Below, in pieces: positions 21,123 through 31,500 of a DNA stretch of 64,000 bases; position 1 is the first letter of the stretch; each line of letters starts with the position of its first letter. The stretch lies in NCBI GenBank assembly GCA_965203485.1, contig OZ241892.1, positions 2,624,001-2,688,000 on the forward strand. Reading direction: 5' to 3'. The notes beneath the pieces are model-generated. The model was not told the origin of the DNA. It was given only the letters and a program-made list of their open reading frames with translations, and did not search any database. This DNA comes from Longimicrobiales bacterium. Lineage in GTDB: Bacteria; Gemmatimonadota; Gemmatimonadetes; Longimicrobiales; Gaopeijiaceae. Position numbers and translations under genes: made by a program.

Positions 21123-22388
21123 TCAGAAGCCGATCCGCCGATCGCCGGGCACGTCGGCCTGCAGGCTCTCCAACGGCACGGCAGGACCTTCAGCTCGCAA
21201 CGACCACCAGTCCTTCAGCCATCGGGAACAGAAGCGGTAGTCGTCGCCATGGCGCTCCAAGTAGCCGTCATGGACCAGGATGTCGATGATCATTGCGATG
21301 TGCTCCCTCGCTCGTTCAAGAGAACCGGCGTATGCGCGTTCCAACGCGGTATGGGCGGCAGGAGAGAGCTTGTCTTGGGTCGCCGCCTCTCCAAGGATCC
21401 GGCGGGCGATCTCGTGGTCAGGGTCATCTTCGAGAGCATCCTGCAATCGGGTGTCGTAGTGCAGGAGATCGCCCTGGCCGACGGGGCCGAGCATTTCGTT
21501 CTCGTAGACGCGTTCCACGTCTTCAACGCCGATTTGGTTGGTACGTCGGACCTCGGGCGAGTGTCGCAGGCGCGCGAAGAACGATTGCACGTGCTGGGGA
21601 ACGCCGATTCCGAGCCGGTCGTAGACGGCTCCGGCCGCGCCCTCCTCCAAGAAAATGCGATAGTGGCCGGCAAGGCGCCGCAAGCACTCCTCGCTCTCGG
21701 CACGGCCCCATGGTCCCAGGCGAAAGTCGTGAAGGTAGTTGATCCTGTCCGGCAACCCGAGGCGTCGCAGAAGCGGGACGAGGCCAATGCTCCCGGTCGC
21801 CAGCAGAACGGGCGAGGGACCCTCGGACGCCTGGAACGCTTGGCGCAACCAGCTCATGAACACATCTACCCTGTGTCGGCCGTCGTCCTCCGCCCGGCGA
21901 AGAAGTCGGGTCAAGAATATGGGCAGCTCGTCGACGACCAACAGAATCCGCTTGTCGTGACGGGCGCAGAACTCGATCAGGTCGTCGCCTCGGCGCCTCC
22001 AAGTCCCCTGGTTCAGAACGGCGCGGAACTTCAGCCGGAACTCGTGCGCTCCGACCTCTTCGAGCTTCCCGAACGTCCGGTCGAGGCGTCGCCCCAGCGA
22101 ACCGACGAGACGCTTGCGGATAGGCTGGACCGGATAGACGGCCTTCGCCATCTCGGCGATCGCGTCTTCCTCGGAGACCGCTCCCTCGACATCGGTGAAC
22201 AGGCAGGTCCATCCTTGCAACCGCAACCGCTCTCCAAGCGCCCTCGTCAAGCTGGTCTTCCCCATGCGTCGCTGGCCCGTGAGGAGGACGTGATTGCCGT
22301 CGCGCACGAGTTGCTCCAGCTGCTCCAGCTCGTCGGTTCGATTGAAGAATTCGTCGCTGCTGACCCAGCGACCCGTCGACGACCTCAT
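21123..22388 (-). CDS. AAA/STAND-type ATP-binding protein
   Basis: FFNRTDE, Walker A GQRRMGKTS, Walker B LLVVDELP, TGSIGL, C-terminal LKDWW; 1 nt gap to the next gene. Confidence 0.85.
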   Translation of the reverse strand: MRSSTGRWVSSDEFFNRTDELEQLEQLVRDGNHVLLTGQRRMGKTSLTRALGERLRLQGWTCLFTDVEGAVSEEDAIAEMAKAVYPVQPIRKRLVGSLGRRLDRTFGKLEEVGAHEFRLKFRAVLNQGTWRRRGDDLIEFCARHDKRILLVVDELPIFLTRLLRRAEDDGRHRVDVFMSWLRQAFQASEGPSPVLLATGSIGLVPLLRRLGLPDRINYLHDFRLGPWGRAESEECLRRLAGHYRIFLEEGAAGAVYDRLGIGVPQHVQSFFARLRHSPEVRRTNQIGVEDVERVYENEMLGPVGQGDLLHYDTRLQDALEDDPDHEIARRILGEAATQDKLSPAAHTALERAYAGSLERAREHIAMIIDILVHDGYLERHGDDYRFCSRWLKDWWSLRAEGPAVPLESLQADVPGDRRIGF

Positions 22389-22478
22389 GGCTGGCGTCCT
22401 TTCGGGATTCGGGGGCGAATCGGACCTCCGGGGAAGGCCGAGCCCAGCTCGTCCAGAATAGTCGCGATCAGCAAGTAC

Positions 22479-22515
22479 GCTGTCAACGGCACCGCTGTCA
22501 GCGCTTTTGCTGTCA
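22479..22515. promoter_or_regulatory. Three GCTGTCA direct repeats at 15-bp period upstream of the ATPase pair
   Basis: Copies start at 22479, 22494 and 22509. Confidence 0.4.
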
Positions 22516-22792
22516 TCCAATTTGATGGTTCACGAAGCATAAGGCCCAGCGGGGCGCAATGCACTCGGCGACAGATGGTGCCTCGCCGGACGCGGCGTCG
22601 GCCGCGCGGCTGGCAAGGGCGGCTGACGGGCGGAGAAACGGGAGAACGCGAGCAAGCGACGGGGCTTGGCACGCCGACGACTAGGCCGAGTACGACCCGC
22701 TCGTAGCCCGTCAAGCCTTTGGGGTTTGGCTGGACAGGTGTTATCCTTCATGAGCCCTGGTGACGCATGTCCATGAACGAAAGGCCACCGCC

Positions 22793-22984
22793 ATGCCGCT
22801 GGAGACTTCTAGCACGGAGACATCTGCGACGGAATCCAAGAAAGCGGATGCATTGCCGAGCGTCCCGTTTCCCGACGAAGATTGGCGCGAGCGGATCGCA
22901 CGTGCAAAACAAGCTCGGGAGGAAGGCCGAAAGGCACGACAAGGAAAACCACTGACCTTCCGTATGAAATACAACATCAAATAG
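22793..22984 (+). CDS. Small basic hypothetical protein
   Basis: 63 aa, helical WRERIARAKQAREEGRKAR, SD-like GAAAGG upstream, directly before the SDH protease. Confidence 0.55.
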   Translation: MPLETSSTETSATESKKADALPSVPFPDEDWRERIARAKQAREEGRKARQGKPLTFRMKYNIK

Positions 22985-23002
22985 GCGTTTCTTTATTCGG
23001 AT

Positions 23003-23866
23003 GTGGAACAAATAATGCCAGATCGAAGCCCATTGTATGAAGCAAGACATGCACCTCGGTATGAACGCCAGAAGCTTATTCGCCAGTATGAAGAAGATTA
23101 CAAATGTCGACTCGTGGTTCTCATTGACATATTGTTTTCGCATAGTGTGACGCTCTTAGAAGAAGCACTACATGATGCAGATGCCGATGAAGACCTGCAT
23201 ATCGTCCTAGCTACGCCAGGTGGGGACGGAGAGACAGCGATTCGACTTATCCGTCAATCTCAATCTCGTTGTAAAGAACTGACCGTGATCGTGCCTGATC
23301 AAGCGAAGAGCGCAGGCACTCTCTTTGTGCTCGGCGCAGATCAGATATGCATGGGGCCGACCAGCGACCTCGGGCCCGTTGATCCTCAATTTCGGCTCTC
23401 GGACGGATCTTTGGCCGCGGGCCAAGCAATCATAGCGGCAGTCGAAGATGCAGAGCGGAGAATCGAAGCGACTCCTCAAACATATCCGCTTCATGCCTCA
23501 TTACTAGCGGACATATCGGCATTGATGGTACAGCAGGCACGGGACGCGATTGCTCGTGCGGGCGACCAGATTCGAGAAGCACTCGCGTGTGTTGATTCGC
23601 GGAACAGCGAACAGGTCAACACGCTAGTAGAGAAACTCAAGGGACCACTTCTCGGCGAAGCACAAAGCCATGCGACCACCATTTCCGCTGACGACGCACG
23701 CCGATTCGGACTTCCCGTAAGAGTGTTGTCGTCGGATGATCAGCAATGGAAGAGCATATGGCGTCTGTGGACCAAGTATACGGTGCTGAACGCTCTTCAG
23801 ATATACGAAGGTGCCGTGGCATCGTATGTTGTTCCTCAAAGTCAGCGACATGGACCGGAAGCATAA
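23003..23866 (+). CDS. SDH-family (ClpP-fold, DUF114-like) serine protease
   Basis: TPGGD, AKSAGT (Ser), LGPVDPQ (Asp), SHATTIS (His) in S-D-H order; AT-richer than the flanks. Confidence 0.85.
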   Translation: MEQIMPDRSPLYEARHAPRYERQKLIRQYEEDYKCRLVVLIDILFSHSVTLLEEALHDADADEDLHIVLATPGGDGETAIRLIRQSQSRCKELTVIVPDQAKSAGTLFVLGADQICMGPTSDLGPVDPQFRLSDGSLAAGQAIIAAVEDAERRIEATPQTYPLHASLLADISALMVQQARDAIARAGDQIREALACVDSRNSEQVNTLVEKLKGPLLGEAQSHATTISADDARRFGLPVRVLSSDDQQWKSIWRLWTKYTVLNALQIYEGAVASYVVPQSQRHGPEA

Positions 23867-23970
23867 TAGGGCTCGGGATCAGCTAGGAGCCCATAGCCGT
23901 AGGGAGAGGCCGGCAGAGAAAGACGCGGCCAGAACCCAGGACCCTCCGCACCAACGCCAAGATCCGCGCC

Positions 23971-25281
23971 CTACCGCACCCCCTGCGGCAGGCGCTTGAC
24001 CACGATCGCCTGCACGTCCAACTCGTCGGACTCGACGAACGCGGCCAGACCGTCCGGGCCGAACGCGATGGGCATCGCCGCTACGCCCTCGGCGAAGGTG
24101 CCGGCGTAGCCGCCGTCGGCGGACAGCACGTCGATCGGTCCGTCGGGGCTCGCGTCGGCGGCCCGGCGCCGAACCCACAGCCGTCCCTCCCACGACGCCC
24201 GCACGTCCGACAGCACCGGCACCTCGGGGTAGAACTCCAAGTTCGCGACCATCCCCTGCCTTATCTCGTCCAACTGGCTGCCCGAAAGTCCGCCGCCCGC
24301 CGGGACCGTCGCCATCCGGCGCTCGCGCTCCGCGTCGCGGATTCGGTCGGTGACCGGCCGCGGCTGGAACGGCCGCGTCAGGATGCGCGAGACGACGCCG
24401 GAAGCGTTCGCGACGTGGATTGCATAGGTGGTCGAATCGGCAAACGCGAAGCCGCCGTCGGGCATCACGCCGACAAGAAGTCCGGGCTCGAACGCGCGCA
24501 GGTTCTTTCTGATCTCGACCGTGGGTCTGCTGGCCGAACCGCTGACGCGAACGCCGGAATCGTCCTTCTTGGGCATCCACGCCGCCGCCAGCGTGTCCAT
24601 CCGGACCTCGTCGCGGCCGACGTGGAACCGCACGACGTGGCGGCCTTCGTCGGGCGCCGGAGCCTGGGACGGCATCACGTCGATCTTCTGAAAGCCCCTC
24701 GCAATCACCATGTCGCCGGAGCCCGCGACCCGCATCCCTCCCGTGATCCGAACCAGCGAGAAGGGGCCCTCCGCCTCGCGCTTCATGCTGCTGGACCGCA
24801 CGAACTCGCCGCCGGGGCCGAATATCTGAAAGCCGAGCTTGGAGGGGTCGAAGACGATGGCGCTGCCGGAGCGGGTCACGGCGAGAGCCGCGGCCGACCG
24901 GAACTCGCCCGGACCGTCGCCGCGCCGCCCGAACTCGCGAACCAAGCCACCGCCGGGAGAGACGACGACGACCCGCGCGTTCGATCCGTCGAGGATGTGC
25001 AAGTTGCCGGCCCCGTCGAACCCCGCTTCGGACACGAATCCAAACGCCTCCCAATCGCGGCTGTCCATTCCGCCCACCCGGTAGAGCTCCTCGAAGGCGG
25101 GGGCGAGAAACTTGTCGTCGGCGGGAAGTTCGACGCGTTCCTGGGCGGCGAGCGGCGCGGCCAAGGCGCAGGCCAGCGGCACGATTGCGCGGCGGGTCGG
25201 CCGCGGCAACTCGAAGGCGGAGGGACGACGGCCCGCGTGGCATCCTCGCGGCTCCGCTTGGGCGCTGCGGATCCGCCTCAT
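23971..25281 (-). CDS. Exported 6-bladed beta-propeller / NHL-like protein
   Basis: LAAQERV signal cleavage, [11 protein letters not shown] motif, [16 protein letters not shown]-terminus; start uncertain. Confidence 0.75.
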   Translation of the reverse strand: MRRIRSAQAEPRGCHAGRRPSAFELPRPTRRAIVPLACALAAPLAAQERVELPADDKFLAPAFEELYRVGGMDSRDWEAFGFVSEAGFDGAGNLHILDGSNARVVVVSPGGGLVREFGRRGDGPGEFRSAAALAVTRSGSAIVFDPSKLGFQIFGPGGEFVRSSSMKREAEGPFSLVRITGGMRVAGSGDMVIARGFQKIDVMPSQAPAPDEGRHVVRFHVGRDEVRMDTLAAAWMPKKDDSGVRVSGSASRPTVEIRKNLRAFEPGLLVGVMPDGGFAFADSTTYAIHVANASGVVSRILTRPFQPRPVTDRIRDAERERRMATVPAGGGLSGSQLDEIRQGMVANLEFYPEVPVLSDVRASWEGRLWVRRRAADASPDGPIDVLSADGGYAGTFAEGVAAMPIAFGPDGLAAFVESDELDVQAIVVKRLPQGVR

Positions 25282-25586
25282 GGTCCCCGGTTTCCCAAAG
25301 CCGCGCCATCGAAGAGGTTGCGCGGCTCCGCCAAGTCCGCCAGCACCTTCTCCACCACGCCCGCCGCGACCCAGGCCTGAAATCGCCGGCGCACCGTATC
25401 GTAGTTCGGGTAGCATTGGGGAAGCCAGCTCCACTCCGCGCCCGTGCGCAGAATCCACAGCACCGCTTCCAAAACGTCCCGCGTCGGCACGCGCGGCCCT
25501 CCGCGCCGACCCTTCGGCTTCCTTTCCTCGGGAAAGTGGTGGCGGACGCGCTCCCACTCTTCGTCGGTCAGCTTCACGCGGAACAT
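25278..25586 (-). mobile_element. IS5-family transposase N-terminal fragment (DUF4096-like)
   Basis: [43 protein letters not shown]; no DDE domain follows. Confidence 0.8.
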
Positions 25587-25683
25587 GCTCGAACGATAGC
25601 AATGGTCCGGGCCGGCGGGAAGCGGCAGGGCCGGTCACCTCGCGCTCGCCGCGCCAGGCGGATGGGGCGGTGGCGCAGGCCCC

Positions 25684-25834
25684 GACAGATTCCGTGACAG
25701 ATTCTGCCAGAATTTGTCGGAAACGCACGCACGGCGGCGACGCCCGCTTCCGGGGACGCCAAGGCCGATGTTCGGACATGGCGGCGCCACGCCCTTCGGA
25801 CAGATTCCGTGACAAATTCTGCCTAGAATTTGTC
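25684..25834. repeat. Copies 2 and 3 of the GACARATTC/AGAATTTGTC palindromic motif
   Basis: 25684-25718 GACAGATTCCGTGACAGATTCTGCCAGAATTTGTC; 25799-25834 GACAGATTCCGTGACAAATTCTGCCTAGAATTTGTC. Confidence 0.75.
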
Positions 25835-25989
25835 AGAGCGTAGCACTCTCCGTCGCGACGAGCCCCTCAAGGGACGTATCCCGGCAACACCTGGTGCGCC
25901 GACGACGAGGCGGACGGCGGCCCGTGCTCGACCGGTCAAGCCCTCGTTCAGCCACGGCGATCTCGGCGGCGAGAGGCGTGCCGCGCAAG

Positions 25990-26496
25990 CTAGCCCATGT
26001 CCGCGAGCCATCTTGGGACGACCGGCTGGCGGTAGAAGTCCTTGCGCGCCCGGTACCCGTGATCGTCCAGGAGCCGCCGCACTTCCGCGAGAAGGTCGTT
26101 CATGACGCCGGCCTTGGCAAGGTCGCTTCTGTGCAGACGAATCGCGGGGGCGCCGGGGGCGGGGTCGCCGGGGCGCAGCCCCAAGAAGCGCATGAGGCTC
26201 CGGCTGTCCGTCGCCAAGTAGGCGACCGCTTCGTCCGGCAAGTCGTGAAGCGCTCCGAAGACAAGCACCTTGAACATGAAGACCGCGTCCCAGCGCCTCC
26301 GGTGCGCACGCCGCCCCTGCTTCGGCCAATGCCTCTCCAGCCGCGGACGAAAGGACTCCCAAGGCACGATCGTCGCCAGCGGCGCCAACGGATCGGTCAC
26401 TTCGCCCACGGGCTCCCCGTTGATGTTGGAGGGGCGGGCGGGCCGCCGTGTCCCGGACCAAGCGCGGCCGAAGAAGCCGCCGCGACCGCCTGACAT
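25990..26496 (-). mobile_element. IS5 (InsH/DUF772-like) transposase N-terminal fragment
   Basis: DPLAPL..VPWESFRPRL..MFKVLV..LPDE..DSRSLMRFLGL..PGAPAIRL..LLAEVRRLLDDHGY; lacks the DDE core. Confidence 0.7.
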
Positions 26497-26596
26497 CGCC
26501 GAGCGCGCCGGGACGGGCAAGGCGGAGCTCCGGCTCGACGACGGCCCGCTCGGTATCTCCGCCGCCCCGCTTGTGCCACCCGGTTCCGCTTCATGG

Positions 26597-26800
26597 TCAA
26601 CGGTCTTCCAACGCCACGCCCTCGAAGATGTTGCGAGGCATCGCCAAGTCCTCCAGCGCCTTCTCCAGCACGCCCGCCGCGGTCCAAGCTTGAAATCGCC
26701 GACGCACCGTATCGTAGCGCGGGTAGCATTGGGGCACCAGCCCCACTCCGCGCCCGTGCGAAGAATCCACAGCACCGCTTCCAGAAGGTTCCGGGTCGGC
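26597..26800 (-). pseudogene. Second, frameshifted copy of the DUF4096-like IS5 fragment
   Basis: Nucleotide paralog of about 25283-25480. [14 protein letters not shown] and [17 protein letters not shown] lie in different frames. Confidence 0.8.
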
Positions 26801-26894
26801 GCGAGCGGCCAGGCTCTCGATCCACCTCCCCGGCCCCACCTCATCAGCCGATCCACGACCCACCACGCCTTCCGCCGACGGCACACCTTCATGC

Positions 26895-26956
26895 TCCGCC
26901 TTCGACTGGAACTTGAAGAGGAGCACGAGCCAGAGCGGACGGGCTCGGAACCGCAC
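26895..26956 (-). pseudogene. Rpn-family fragment
   Basis: VRFRARPLWLVLLFKFQSKA, paralogous to about 38853-38913. Confidence 0.7.
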
Positions 26957-26965
26957 ATCTTGGGG

Positions 26966-27562
26966 ATCCAGGCAGTTCGGTCTCTTCACGCCACACGTGG
27001 TGGCTCTTCCGGTGTCTCGAATCCGCAGCGAAGCAGGCCGCGCTCGAGTGGCTCAGCCAATCTGGCTGGACCACCGCGCACGGCCGCGACCTCGGCGGCG
27101 GACGGCCCCGCCGACCGGGCGCGCGAGCGGTCAGACTACTCGGACGTCACTCTCGCTTTCCGCCTCGGCAAGACCCTCGTGCGCATCGACCTCGACCTCG
27201 CCGACACCGCGCTCGACGACGCCCTCCGCAAGCTGACGCGCCCCGTCGGCTCCACCCTCGATGCCCGCAACCGCTCCTTCCACCGGATGTTGGTGGACGG
27301 CGTCCCCGTCGAGTACCGGGCACCCGCCAGGCGCATCCGCGGCCACCACGCCCGAGTCCTCGACTTCGACCAGCCCGAAGCCAACGACTGGCTGGCCGTC
27401 AACCAGCTCACCGTCGCCGATGACAAGCGCACGCGCCGCCCGGACGTCGTGCTGTTCGTCAACGAGCTCCCGCTGGGCGTTGTGGAAACTCAAGGACCCG
27501 AGCAACCCGGAGTGTCTCGGACGGCGTGGAGGCCCGGTTCGGCATGCTCACCGGCGACTAGG
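26966..27562 (+). pseudogene. hsdR: Decayed 5' copy of hsdR
   Basis: Colinear nucleotide paralog of 39364-39915 plus a piece matching about 40021-40049, with indels; [26 protein letters not shown]. Confidence 0.85.
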
Positions 27563-27788
27563 CCAGTCCAGACGGGAAGCGTCCATCTTGCCGTAGTACC
27601 GCTTCATTCGCCGCCCCCATGGCTTCATGCTAGGTTTCCAGTGAGGATATCGCACCGTTGCGCCTCGCCCTCGCGGCAGGTTGCGGAGACGTGTCCGGGG
27701 CTTGGCACCGGGGAAAGGCCGCGCAACCCGCGCCAATCCAACACCGGCCTCTCGCCACTCGGGCGGGAATCGTACTCTATCCGAAAGG

Positions 27789-28073
27789 ATGAACAACATG
27801 GAAAACCAACGCCCCGTACTCTACCGCATAGAGTCTATAACGTCGGGCAGATCGCTTTTCCGTATCGGCGTAAGGAAACGATTCGCAACAGACGAAGAGG
27901 CCAGCGAAGCAATAGAGAAAATACGCAAAGCAAAAGGTATGCTTCGCGTCCGCTGGCGAAACACCGGCGGCATCAGCCGCACCGTACCAAATCGCGAAGT
28001 CGTCATAGACAATCTGTTCGATACATTCGAAGAAGCCGAAAACGTCATGAAAACACTACCGCTAGACATCTAA
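27789..28073 (+). CDS. Small hypothetical protein
   Basis: 94 aa, AT-richer, natural amino-acid composition, GAAAGGA just upstream; no recognised family. Confidence 0.5.
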   Translation: MNNMENQRPVLYRIESITSGRSLFRIGVRKRFATDEEASEAIEKIRKAKGMLRVRWRNTGGISRTVPNREVVIDNLFDTFEEAENVMKTLPLDI

Positions 28074-28107
28074 CCCCCAAGTCCAACGTCGACGCCAAAC
28101 GGAACCG

Positions 28108-28500
28108 TACGGAGATATGACATGACGAGCAGATCCCGGATGACGGGCCTGCTGGCCGCCCTTGTTGCACGTTCGTCGGCGGTTGCGAGCAGGAAGGAGT
28201 CGGTGACGCGACGGCCGCCCCCCGCGCAAGGGCGCGGTAGACGGCAATCTCCTGTTCTTCGTGCATCCCGAATCTTCGACCCCGAACTTGTGGGCGTCGC
28301 CAGATTTCGCTAGCGCGCGGCGGCTCCGCTCACGCCGTCGTCGTTGCGGCCCAGGGCCGCCTTGATCTTGTCAAACTCTTCCGCGGCGCCGTCCAGCGCC
28401 GAGGCGTCCAAGCGATCAAGCAAGGGCACGGGTATCCGCCCTGAAGCGGACGGACTTGCGTCGTGGATCGCCCCGCGTGAGTCCTCTAGCCCACAGACCA
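28108..28500. pseudogene. Decayed copy of the ParA 3' end / intergenic / type IIG R-M 3' end
   Basis: Matches 52148-52310 and 52483-52621 with indels (e.g. RIPVPLLDRLDA..LDGAAEEFDKIK). Confidence 0.8.
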
Positions 28501-28589
28501 GCGCCTTGTGGTCGAGTACCTGCTTCGCCGATGGGAAGAGCTGGAATTCGAGCACTTGGTGTAGAGCAAGGCCGTACGGGCGAAGATTC

Positions 28590-31500
28590 CTACGCCCCTC
28601 GCTCCGTGGGTCGGCTCACATCCAGCACTACGACCTTGATCTTATGCCTCTGGTCGGGCGCGAGCTCTCCTCGGAGGCGCTCTCGCAACGCTTCGGGCGT
28701 CTTCGGACGACGACCAGAGGGGGGCACGGTCTTGGTGTACCGCACGCCGAACCAGAGCACGACATAGACGCCGTGCCCGCCCGACTCCGGGGCACGGGCG
28801 TACTGTTCGATCAGCTGGTCGTTGATCGCGCTCCACAGTTGCGGGTGGGTGTTCTTCTTGATCTCCACTGGGACGGCGTGGCCGCCGCAGGATACCCGAA
28901 TGTCCGCCCGCTTGCCTTCGGCGTACTGGGCTTCGGGCTGGGCGTCTACGTTGACGCCGACCCCGGTGGGGAGGCGCCCCCGCACGGCCGACAGGAGTGC
29001 GTCTCGGCAAGTATCTTCGGGCCTCGGTTCCTTTTTCTTCGGGCGACCGTGGCTGTCTACGTTCCAGTACTGTCGCCAGTCGTTGGTGTTGCCGTCTCGA
29101 ATCTCCGTGGCAAGCCGCTCCAGACGGGCGACGAGCAAAGCAAGCAGGTCGGTGGGGTTTGCGGGCTGGCCGTCTTGCAACACTTTCTGCACCTCGTCCG
29201 CAGTGGGAATCTGGTGCAAGTGGTCGCGACGGAGCAGGACCTGCCGGTCGCGCGCTTCGAATATGACGTGCCGCCACATGGCCAACTCGGGCGCAACAGC
29301 AAGCACTTCCAGCGCATCGGCGGCCTTCGCGCCCGGCTTGTTCGCCAGCCGGTCCAGCCACGCCGAGAGCAAGCGCCGAGCCTTGTCGGCCGCTTCGACG
29401 GCATGCGTCATGAAATGCGCCTTCATTTCGTTGTCGTCTGGAGGACGCCAAGGGTTGACCCGCGCGCCGACGCCCCGGATCGCCGTCGCCAAGTGCTCCG
29501 TGCTCCACTCCATCAAGAACGACGGCAGGTCGTCGGGAACGACGAAGCTCATCAAGTGTTGTGCGCGAACGGGCGATCCCTCGCCGATGAACTCCATCGC
29601 CGTTGCCAAGTAGCGACCGGGCGACGCCAACATCCCGGCGCCCAGCCACAGCGCTTGCTGGGCTACGTCCATGCCCGAGCGCGCGAGCTTCGTCGCCGTC
29701 CGTGACGCAAGGTCGTCGGGCATGTACCGCACCGATGCCCACAGCAGGTGACGAAGCGCCAAGATCTGCGGTCGAGTGCACCGAACGGGAAAGGCGCGAA
29801 GCAACGACGGTGCCGCTAGTTGCGCCAGCTTCCGATACTTGGGGTTCCCGGCTACGGAAGCCAAGTGCTCTTCGCAGGGCGTCTTGCGCCTGATCTTGGA
29901 CATGTGGACGGCCACTAGGCCTTCCGCAACCAGTTCAGTATGGGACTTGACGAGCTCGTCGTACCAATCGGGGACGTGTGCTTGGTGGTAACACCCCGAG
30001 TGCGGGTCTCGCACCATGGGGCGCGGGGTCAGGTAGTAGAAGCCCGCCGCTCTCTTGATTCCGTTTGCCGTCAACTTCCGGTGGCCGCCGCACCCGGTCC
30101 GGTCCCCCTCGGCCAACCCGGCCAAGACGGGCAAGGCGAAATGCGAACGCTTTCCCTCGCTATCCAGCCGAACGATCTCGTCGAGACCTGGAAGGTCGTC
30201 GCGCTCCAGCGCCCGCTTGAATCCGGAGAGCGTTGCGGCCACCAAGCGTTCGTCGGAGTCCAGCAACTTGCGCAACGAGGCCACGGGGTCTGTCGACATG
30301 TTGCCGGAGTCGAACCCGAAGTACGTTCTGGCAAGGCAATCCAGAAGGACCGGCTTGCATGAGCTCGCCGCCAAGTCCCTCGCCCGCTCACGCACATGCG
30401 CGACGAACTGTTGTTCTTCCCTGCGCCGACGCTCTCGTGCAGCAGTTGCCTTCTTGTCCCACTCTGTCAACGCCGTCCCGGCTTGGTCGCGCAGCGAGTC
30501 CGGGGGCTCTGCGAAGCTGGCCAGATGGTCACGCAATTCCGGCATGTCTTGAAGTCTGGCGCCTGCGCATGCGATCCAACGAGCGAAGTGCGGCTTGGCG
30601 CGCCGAAGAGAAACCGCCCATTCCAGCAGGAGTCGCGCCGCTGGGACGTGGGAGCTTGCCAACCCGATGGCATGATCGAGACACCACGCGGCAAAGCCGG
30701 GAGGGGGGGAGCCGTCGAAGAGTTTGCGACGGTACCGCCAAGCGTCGATGTCCAGGTCTTCCTTTTGAGCGTTTTTCCTTAGAAATTCCAGGAGACAAGC
30801 TCTGCCGACAGCCGGATGTGTTGCAAACCATGATCGAAGGCGTCGGAGTTCGGGCCCGTCCAGTCTCCCGATGTCCGTCGGCTCAGTCCCCGCCGCGAAT
30901 TCGATCCACTTCGACAGTCGCGACACAGGAGTCGTCTCTCCGTGCACGTTCAGGGCGCGCACCAACAGGCGATGCACAAGATCGTTGAGCTGACCCTCGC
31001 GCAGTACAGCAAGCAACCGGGACCTGCTGGCGAGCAAACCATCCAAGAGGACGGGCAGATCGGCGTCGCGGGTACTCTGCTCGACTCTCTTGAACCAGAA
31101 CAGTACGTCAAGACCGATCAGCCTGTGGTTGGCCGTCTTCGGCACGTAGCTCCAAATCCGTTCGGGCGGAACACGATCAGGATACCACGCAGTCAGCAAT
31201 TTGCCCCGGAGTTCGTTGTCGGGATCGTGAACCCGACCATCTTTGGTCTCTGCAAGCAATTCGTCGACGAGTTCGTTGCCCTTGCCGCTTCTCGCCACGG
31301 CATGGAGCGCGGCCGCCAAGCCAGCATGTCTGACGCGCGGCCACCAAGTAGGGTCCCGTACCAGACGCAACAGCTCACGGATGAACGACCGAGGCGTCGT
31401 CGGGAAACGCTCGGGCGATGCCCACAGCGCAGAAGCAGCATGTGGAATGCCACGCAACAGCAGATCTACGACCGCCTGCCTAGCGTCGCCGCGGTCGTCG

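Noticed and set aside
25684..25834. CRISPR array
   Set aside because: Only two local copies about 80 bp apart, no regular repeat-spacer series and no cas genes.
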